Positions 34,527-40,102 of a DNA stretch of 40,102 bases are shown here, in pieces. The DNA is taken from NCBI GenBank assembly GCA_964542035.1, contig CAZISZ010000001.1:1-40102 (forward strand), in the 5' to 3' direction. The DNA is from an uncultured Ruminococcus sp. Its GTDB lineage: Bacteria > Bacillota > Clostridia > Oscillospirales > CAG-272. Both the position numbers and the translations under genes were made by a program. Position 1 is the first letter of the stretch. The number at the start of each line of letters is the position of its first letter. A model generated the notes under the pieces. The model did not search any database and was not told the DNA's origin. It saw nothing but the letters and a program-made list of their open reading frames with translations.

Positions 34527-35219
34527 TTATTCTTTATGTTCGCTTTCGGATGAAAGTCTCATTCCGGCGGTGGCGGTTACAGGCAGTGAGAACACTATCG
34601 TTTTAGCTTCGGTGGCAAGCCCCGCTTTATCCATTATGGCACGCATGATGGCGTTCTTTTGCTCGGTTTTGACCACAATAAAAACCAGTTCTTTTTCCGC
34701 GGCTATCGAAACGCCGAGAAATTGCTCGGCTCTCTCGGTGCCGGTGCCGCGCGCGTGGATGACCGTACCGCCCGAAGCGTTTGCCTCTCTTGCGGCGTCC
34801 ATAACGTTATCTGTATTTCCTTGGTCGGTGATAGCTACCAACAGCTCGTAATTTGTGTTTTTCAACTCGCTTTCCTCTCCCTTTTCAATTTTTTGACCGT
34901 CGGTCAGGAACAACAGCGGTTTTTTGCCGCCGATGCTTGACAGCGGAACTATAAAGGCTATGCCGATGCCGGGAATATCTATTTTCATTTCGCTTTCAAG
35001 TCGCGCTCGCGTGCGTCCCCAAGTTTCCCCGGTGATTACGGCAAACATTACCGTTTTTTGCGCACGGGCAAGACCGAAATAATCAAGCACTTCGCTTACC
35101 GCGGTGCCGCTTCCAAGCGCGGTAAAGGATACGCCTATCCCCTCCGATTCATAAAGCGCTATAAATCTGCGCGCCATATTGCGGTCTGTTATCGTTATCA
35201 TAAGGTGTAGCTCGCTCAT
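34527..35219 (-). CDS. tandem P-II-like (GlnB-fold) domain protein
   Basis: 230 aa made of two roughly 105-aa halves (LHLMITITDRN... and YELLVAITDQGN...). Each shows a beta-alpha-beta pattern, a T-loop-like GSGT or ARGTGT and a B-loop-like GIGIAFIVPL. AAAGGAG RBS is present. It lies 20 nt downstream of the DUF1538 gene. Confidence 0.65.
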   Translation of the reverse strand: MSELHLMITITDRNMARRFIALYESEGIGVSFTALGSGTAVSEVLDYFGLARAQKTVMFAVITGETWGRTRARLESEMKIDIPGIGIAFIVPLSSIGGKKPLLFLTDGQKIEKGEESELKNTNYELLVAITDQGNTDNVMDAAREANASGGTVIHARGTGTERAEQFLGVSIAAEKELVFIVVKTEQKNAIMRAIMDKAGLATEAKTIVFSLPVTATAGMRLSSESEHKE

Positions 35220-35239
35220 TTTCGGCTCCTTTCAGTTAC

Positions 35240-36772
35240 TCAAAGCTCGATGATTGCATCGTCCGCAAGCTCGGGCAATGCCTGTGCGGGTCGGCTCGGG
35301 CGGGATGCGGCAAGCTTTTTCTTTATCTGATATACAAGTCCCAGTATTTGAATGGTAATAAGCGGGGTCATGGCAACCATTGCCACTACTCCGAACGCGT
35401 CGGAAACCACATTGCCGCCCACGGCGAGGCACGCGCCCTGCGCAAAAGGCAACAAAAACGTTGCCGTCATGGGACCGGAAGCGACTCCGCCCGAGTCAAA
35501 GGCTATTGCGGTGAATATGCGGGGCACGCAGAAAGAAAGCCCCAGTGCGATGGCGTATCCCGGCACCACAAACCAAAGAATTGAAATTCCCGTCAGTACG
35601 CGAAGCAGTGCAAGTCCTATCGACGCGGCAACGCCGAGGGAAAGACACATGCCCATGGCGGAGGAAGATATCGCGCCGTCGGTGATCTCCTCAACCTGTT
35701 TATTGAGAACATACACGGCAGGTTCGGCGCGCACGATAAAGTAACCTATCACCATTCCGATGGGAACTATTATCCAGTTATAAGGCAGAGAGGCTATAAC
35801 GTTTCCGAGGTAATTACCCGCGGGCATAAATCCGACGTTGGCGCCCGTAAGGAAAAGTACAAGTCCCACATAGGTATAAACCAGACCGACTATTATTTTG
35901 TAAAGTTGGCGGCGCGGAAGCTTTAGGGCACACACCTGAAAAATTCCGAAAAATACCACTATGGGCAGCAGCGCTATGCCGATTTCACCCATATATGTGG
36001 GGATGGATTTAAAAAACAGACTTGTAAGGTCACGCGAGGACTCGATAACAGGGAGAGCCGACGCGGCATATGTTCCCTCGGGATTGAAAATAAGCCCAAG
36101 CGTCATAACTGCAAGTATGGGACCGACCGAGCAAAGCGCGATAAGACCGAACGAATCGTCCCCCGCGCGACTGTCGCTTCTTATCGAAGCAACGCCAACG
36201 CCCAAAGCCATTATAAACGGTACGGTCATGGGACCGGTGGTAACGCCGCCCGAGTCAAACGCCACAGCCAAAAAGTCCTGCGGCACAAAAGCCGCCAATG
36301 TAAAGACCAGTATATAAGAAATTATCAGCATCAACCGCAGTGAAATGCCGAAAAACATACGCAGCAGAGCCGCAACCAAGAAAAATCCGACTCCGGCGGC
36401 AACCGCCAGTATCAGTACCGTGCTCGGGATGGAGGGTACCTGCCCCGCCAATACCTGAAGATCCGGTTCCGAGATGGTTATAATAAAGCCCATCAAAAAT
36501 CCTACGGCTATAACAAGCCACAAACTGCGCTTTTTCGTTATCGCCGCTCCGACGCGCTCGCCCATGGGAGTCATTGAAAGATCTGCACCGAGGGTAAAAA
36601 ACATGATCCCTATTATGATCATTGCGGCTCCGGTCAGAAAACTTAAAAGTATTCCCGGTTCAATGGGTGCAACCGTGAGGGTGAGTAAGAGCACGATGCC
36701 TATGATGGGCAACACCGCCCGCATGGCTTCGCCGAGCTTCTCTTGAAGTTTTTTACGTGAATTTAAAAGCAA
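35240..36772 (-). CDS. fused double DUF1538 integral membrane protein (putative transporter, function unknown)
   Basis: Internal duplication is visible: FTLGADLSMTPMG / FLTGANVGFMPAG, ISEPDLQVL / RAEPAVYVL, and AFDSGGVTTGPMTVPF / AFDSGGVASGPMTATF. The TTG start at 36772 has an AAAGGAG RBS 5 nt upstream. Confidence 0.75.
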   Translation of the reverse strand: MLLNSRKKLQEKLGEAMRAVLPIIGIVLLLTLTVAPIEPGILLSFLTGAAMIIIGIMFFTLGADLSMTPMGERVGAAITKKRSLWLVIAVGFLMGFIITISEPDLQVLAGQVPSIPSTVLILAVAAGVGFFLVAALLRMFFGISLRLMLIISYILVFTLAAFVPQDFLAVAFDSGGVTTGPMTVPFIMALGVGVASIRSDSRAGDDSFGLIALCSVGPILAVMTLGLIFNPEGTYAASALPVIESSRDLTSLFFKSIPTYMGEIGIALLPIVVFFGIFQVCALKLPRRQLYKIIVGLVYTYVGLVLFLTGANVGFMPAGNYLGNVIASLPYNWIIVPIGMVIGYFIVRAEPAVYVLNKQVEEITDGAISSSAMGMCLSLGVAASIGLALLRVLTGISILWFVVPGYAIALGLSFCVPRIFTAIAFDSGGVASGPMTATFLLPFAQGACLAVGGNVVSDAFGVVAMVAMTPLITIQILGLVYQIKKKLAASRPSRPAQALPELADDAIIEL

Positions 36773-36886
36773 ATTTGCTCCTTTCCGCCTGCGGAGCAGA
36801 CCTTGAAATATCGATCGACAGATAAAGACATATTAATAATAATGAAGAATAACATCGGCGATCATCTTTGTTTACCGATCATATAC

Positions 36887-36895
36887 ATTATACCA
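36887..36895 (-). promoter_or_regulatory. candidate extended -10 element (TGgTATAAT) for the DUF1538 operon; no good -35
   Basis: The minus strand reads TGGTATAAT, about 115 nt upstream of the TTG start. Confidence 0.35.
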
Positions 36896-37052
36896 TATTG
36901 TAAAAGTCCAAATGTGACTTCAATTGTAATATAAAGTTAAAAAATATAAAAGTAATAAAGACCGAAAAACAAATGAAGCGAATAGTGATAAAATGGCGAT
37001 TTCGCACCGCGAAAAACTCATATAATCGCCGCGGAGTTACGCTGCGTTGCTA

Positions 37053-37081
37053 TTGACCTTTTTGTGTTTTTGTGGTATGAT
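37053..37081 (+). promoter_or_regulatory. sigma-A promoter of the MATE gene (TTGACC-17 nt-TATGAT, TGg extended -10)
   Basis: TTGACC at 37053-37058, TG at 37073-37074, TATGAT at 37076-37081. Confidence 0.65.
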
Positions 37082-37134
37082 ATTGCCTGCGCCTGCGCGG
37101 CGCGATCACTACATATGCAAAGGCTCTCTCAATT

Positions 37135-38520
37135 ATGAAATTTACATCACATAAAAGCATAAATCCATCCGCGGAGGCGGATATGACTCACGGTTCGCTT
37201 TGGCGAAAAATACTTATATTCAGCCTGCCGCTTATGGCGTCGCAATTGCTTCAGGTCATGTTTAACATGGCGGATGTGGCTATAGTCGGTCGGTTTTCAA
37301 GCTCATCGGCAATGGGATCGGTCGGTTCAACAACCATACTCGTTACCCTTTTTACCGGATTACTTATCGGCATGGGCAGCGGCGTAAATGTAAAGGTTGC
37401 CCGCGCCATCGGTGCCGGTGATCGCCGCGAGGCGGCTGAAACGGTAGGCAGTTCGTTTATTATCTGTACCGCGCTCGGTTTTATTATCACCGCCGCATGT
37501 CTCACGCTTGCACGCCCGATGCTTGAACTTATCAATACCAAGGAAGAGCTGATAGAAGGTGCCGTACTGTATTTTAAAATATATTCGCTCGGTATGCCGG
37601 CGCTCGGAATCTTTAATTTCGGCAACGCCGTGCTCAGCGCCGAGGGAGATACTCGCCGCCCGCTTGTTTACCTTACCGCATCGGGGCTTCTCAACGTTGT
37701 CCTCAACCTTGTTTTTGTTCTGGGGCTCGGTATGGCGGCGGACGGTGTGGCGTGGGCAAGCATAATATCGCAGTACCTTTCCGCGGCGTTGGTGATAGTA
37801 AGAATGGCGCGTGACCGCTCGGAGTGCGGTCTGCGGGCGAATATGATACGCATTTACCCCGACCGCGCACGCGGAATACTTGCGCTCGGTATCCCCGCGG
37901 GACTTCAAAACGCTATTTTTGCGGTGGCAAATCTTTTCATACAATCGGCAGTCAACTCTTTTGACCACATCATGGTTGAGGGCAACGCCGCCGCTGCAAA
38001 CTCAGATTCGATCGTTTACAACGTAATGGGTGCGTTTTACACCGCATGTTCAACATTTATGGGGCAAAATCTCGGTGCGGGCAAACGCCGCCGCGTTGTT
38101 AAAAGCTATATCGTAAGCCTTGTTTATTCATTTGCCGCGGGCGCGATAATGGGCGGATTGCTTGTTGTTTTCGGACGGCAGTTTTTGTCGCTCTTTACAA
38201 CCGACGCGGAAGTTGCCGAGGCAGGTATGCATCGAGTTATGATAATGGGGTTCTCATATATGGTATCCGCATTTATGGATTGCACTATCGCAGCTTCTCG
38301 CGGAATAGGTAAAAGCCTGTGGCCTACGGTTATAGTTATCCTCGGGTCCTGCGTTTTCCGCGTTGTATGGGTTTACACCGTATTTGCGCATTTCGGCACT
38401 ATTCCATCGCTTTACCTTTTGTACGTTTTTTCGTGGAGCATTACCGCCATTGCCGAGATAGCCTATTTTATACACGCATGGCGCAGATTGTTCAAAACGC
38501 CGTCCACCGCCGGGTGCTGA
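37135..38520 (+). CDS. MATE family efflux transporter
   Basis: 461 aa with 12 predicted TM segments and a typical MATE N-terminus (LWRKILIFSLPLMASQLLQVMFNMADVAIVGR). Confidence 0.88.
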   Translation: MKFTSHKSINPSAEADMTHGSLWRKILIFSLPLMASQLLQVMFNMADVAIVGRFSSSSAMGSVGSTTILVTLFTGLLIGMGSGVNVKVARAIGAGDRREAAETVGSSFIICTALGFIITAACLTLARPMLELINTKEELIEGAVLYFKIYSLGMPALGIFNFGNAVLSAEGDTRRPLVYLTASGLLNVVLNLVFVLGLGMAADGVAWASIISQYLSAALVIVRMARDRSECGLRANMIRIYPDRARGILALGIPAGLQNAIFAVANLFIQSAVNSFDHIMVEGNAAAANSDSIVYNVMGAFYTACSTFMGQNLGAGKRRRVVKSYIVSLVYSFAAGAIMGGLLVVFGRQFLSLFTTDAEVAEAGMHRVMIMGFSYMVSAFMDCTIAASRGIGKSLWPTVIVILGSCVFRVVWVYTVFAHFGTIPSLYLLYVFSWSITAIAEIAYFIHAWRRLFKTPSTAGC

Positions 38521-38638
38521 CGTTTGCATGCGGAAAATATACGCTACCGCCTTTTGGTTGTGTGATTTCGGCGTATTGTCGAAATTCGACCGCGCTTTGC
38601 AAATTAACAAAAAATTCACACCGAGGCGGTAAAAGGGG

Positions 38639-38667
38639 TTGACACGGCGGCGGCGATATGATATAAT
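38639..38667 (+). promoter_or_regulatory. sigma-A promoter of secG (TTGACA-17 nt-TATAAT, TGa extended -10)
   Basis: TTGACA at 38639-38644, TG at 38659-38660, TATAAT at 38662-38667. It is preceded by AAAAGGGG. Confidence 0.75.
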
Positions 38668-38760
38668 AAAAACTACGCATCGGATCGCTCCGCCGTCTGA
38701 GAATTTCAGAAAAGAAACGGACGCGATGGAGCGAAAATCATAAAATCGGAGGACACATAA

Positions 38761-39003
38761 ATGGGCGTTTTTGAGATCATTATGGGTATCGTTCTTCTGG
38801 TCATGGCTCTCTTTCTTGTTGTTGCCGTGCTTTTGCAGTCCGGCAGCGACAAACGGCTTTCCGGCGCGATCGCCGGCGGCGCCGACACCTACCTCGGTAA
38901 AGAAAGAGGCAGTCGTCTTGACAAGCTGCTCAACGTTCTTACCCCCATCGTTGCCGCGGTATTTGCCGTAGCCGTCATCATAATGTACGTTATTGTTGCA
39001 TAA
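38761..39003 (+). CDS. secG: preprotein translocase subunit SecG
   Basis: 80 aa with two TM segments and the central motif LLQSGSDKRLSGAIAGG. GGAGGA RBS is present. Confidence 0.88.
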   Translation: MGVFEIIMGIVLLVMALFLVVAVLLQSGSDKRLSGAIAGGADTYLGKERGSRLDKLLNVLTPIVAAVFAVAVIIMYVIVA

Positions 39004-39007
39004 TGTC

Positions 39008-39038
39008 AAAAAAGAGCCGCTTTTGCGGCTCTTTTTTA
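39008..39038 (+). terminator. rho-independent terminator after secG
   Basis: AGAGCCGC-TTTT-GCGGCTCT followed by TTTTTAT. Confidence 0.85.
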
Positions 39039-39067
39039 TTGACCGCGACCAAGAAAAGTGATATAAT
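39039..39067 (+). promoter_or_regulatory. sigma-A promoter (TTGACC-17 nt-TATAAT, TGa extended -10) of the second GDPD gene
   Basis: TTGACC at 39039-39044, TG at 39059-39060, TATAAT at 39062-39067. Confidence 0.7.
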
Positions 39068-39100
39068 AGTCTTAACCTAATACCCGAAAGGATGATCAGC

Positions 39101-39964
39101 ATGAATACCTTTGACATTAAAAAGGATGCCGCCGAGCGCATCATCATCGTTGCCCACCGCGGCGCCTGCGGAGGCAACATCCCCTGCAACACGATGGCAG
39201 CTTATGAGATAGCACTCCGTCACGGTGCCGACATGCTTGAGGTCGATGTCAGCCGCAGTGCGGACGGTACACTGTGGATTTTGCATCCGAAAATGGAGTA
39301 TATTCAACTCAACTATCTCGGTACACAGGAGGCGCCTCGTTTGCCCGATATGCATGACGATGAGATACGTCGTTTGCGCTATGTCAATACCGATCGCACA
39401 TACACCGAATGGCCGCTTTGTACGCTTGACGAGGTGTTGGAAGCTTTCCGCGGTCGTTGCTACATCAACATCGATAAGTTTTGGGAGAACCCGCGCGAGA
39501 TATCCGATGCTATCTGCGCACACGGTATGCAGGAGCAGATAATCGTAAAAACCGCGCCCAAGCCCGAACTTTTTGATATTATAGAGGAGTACGGTCAGGG
39601 CATTCAGTATCTGCCGATACTTAAAAAGAATGACGCCGCGGCGCATGAGGAACTTATGCATCGCAATATAAGATACGTAGGTGCGGAACTGGTGTTCGGC
39701 AACGATACCGATTACATTGCGTCACCCGAGTTTATAGATCGTTTGCACGGTGACGGAAAACTTGTATGGGGCAACGCGATTCTTTACAATTATCGCGTAC
39801 CGCTTGCCGGCGGACATTCGGACGATATCTCGCTTACCGATGATCCCGCCGAGGGTTGGGGATGGCTTGCCGATCACGGATTTGATATTATCCAAACCGA
39901 CTGGGTGCTTGCCATGGCGCAATATCTTAACGAGAGCGGTAAACGTATGAGGGAAAGAGACTGA
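39101..39964 (+). CDS. glycerophosphodiester phosphodiesterase family protein (divergent GDPD)
   Basis: Motifs IIVAHRGACGGNIPCNTMAAYEIALRHGADMLEVDV..S.DG. AAAGGA lies 8 nt upstream of ATG 39101; the track's start at 39092 overlaps the RBS. Confidence 0.75.
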   Translation: MNTFDIKKDAAERIIIVAHRGACGGNIPCNTMAAYEIALRHGADMLEVDVSRSADGTLWILHPKMEYIQLNYLGTQEAPRLPDMHDDEIRRLRYVNTDRTYTEWPLCTLDEVLEAFRGRCYINIDKFWENPREISDAICAHGMQEQIIVKTAPKPELFDIIEEYGQGIQYLPILKKNDAAAHEELMHRNIRYVGAELVFGNDTDYIASPEFIDRLHGDGKLVWGNAILYNYRVPLAGGHSDDISLTDDPAEGWGWLADHGFDIIQTDWVLAMAQYLNESGKRMRERD

Positions 39965-39979
39965 AAATTCCGCAAAGCA

Positions 39980-40003
39980 AGGGCGGCACTGCGGTGCCGC
40001 CCT
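39980..40003 (+). terminator. 10-bp GC hairpin after the GDPD gene (no clear U-tract)
   Basis: AGGGCGGCAC-TGCG-GTGCCGCCCT. Confidence 0.4.
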
Positions 40004-40043
40004 AAGGAAAATTGAGGAAATGAGATTTTTTTATAAAAAGGGG

Positions 40044-40072
40044 TTGACAAGTCACCATAAGTGTGATATAAT
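40044..40072 (+). promoter_or_regulatory. sigma-A promoter (TTGACA-17 nt-TATAAT, TGa extended -10) firing out of the window
   Basis: TTGACA at 40044-40049, TG at 40064-40065, TATAAT at 40067-40072. It is preceded by AAAAAGGGG. Confidence 0.7.
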
Positions 40073-40102
40073 ATACAGGCAATGAAAAAAGGGTTTTGCA
40101 TT

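Noticed and set aside
36773-36886. Possible riboswitch in the ~115-nt leader of the DUF1538/PII operon
   Set aside because: Only short local hairpins are present (ATCGG..CCGAT and CTGC-TCC-GCAG). It bears no resemblance to the c-di-AMP, guanidine, glycine, Mn, fluoride or other aptamer cores I can recall. A covariance-model search is needed.
36981-37030. Inverted repeat GGCGATT..TTTCGC-ACC-GCGAAA..AATCGCC in the DUF1538/MATE intergenic region
   Set aside because: The stems are short, there is no U-tract in the right orientation for any upstream gene, and no clear relation to either promoter. It is possibly meaningful but unsupported.
40082-40102. ATG AAA AAA GGG TTT TGC ATT beginning about 10 nt after the last -10 box (possible leaderless gene start)
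   Set aside because: Only 7 codons are visible before the window ends. It could equally be the 5' end of an RNA or leader, so it cannot be supported.

Overview
This is a chromosomal, mostly core-genome window from a moderately GC-rich, spore-forming Firmicute that looks Clostridia-like. Supporting signs are SpoIVB, Soj/Spo0J with a parS cluster, many sigma-A promoters with TGnTATAAT extended -10 boxes, and an (S/P)PXTG sortase signal. I support 34 CDSs. In order they are:
- A minus-strand sugar/polyol operon: split transketolase, a GpsA-like dehydrogenase, a TIM-barrel isomerase and a Gfo/Idh/MocA oxidoreductase.
- A WG-repeat lipoprotein and spoIVB.
- A MarR gene followed by a heterodimeric ABC exporter and a tightly abutting CoiA-like nuclease-fold gene.
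- A 27-bp perfect hairpin, then three parS sites, then parA-parB, a membrane protein, a MORN-repeat protein and rbfA.
- A DUF1846 gene and a sortase-type surface protein.
- rpsO-pnp, a VanY-like M15 peptidase, a lipoprotein and a GDPD.
- A divergent HpcH aldolase facing a BNR / EEP / FGGY kinase / AraD cluster.
- A fused double-DUF1538 permease with a tandem PII-like protein.
- A MATE exporter, secG and a second GDPD.

I found no rRNA, tRNA, CRISPR array, transposase or obvious prophage or defence island.

The least explained items are:
- A roughly 95-nt element present as a 109-nt-period tandem pair between rpsO and pnp, with a third diverged copy just downstream of pnp.
- The DUF1538/PII-like operon, whose function is unknown.
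- The CoiA-like gene tacked onto the efflux operon.

All long antisense ORFs in the track sit in the exact codon-complement frame of a real gene, so I treat them as codon-bias shadows. Product calls rest on motifs read by eye; no database search was possible.
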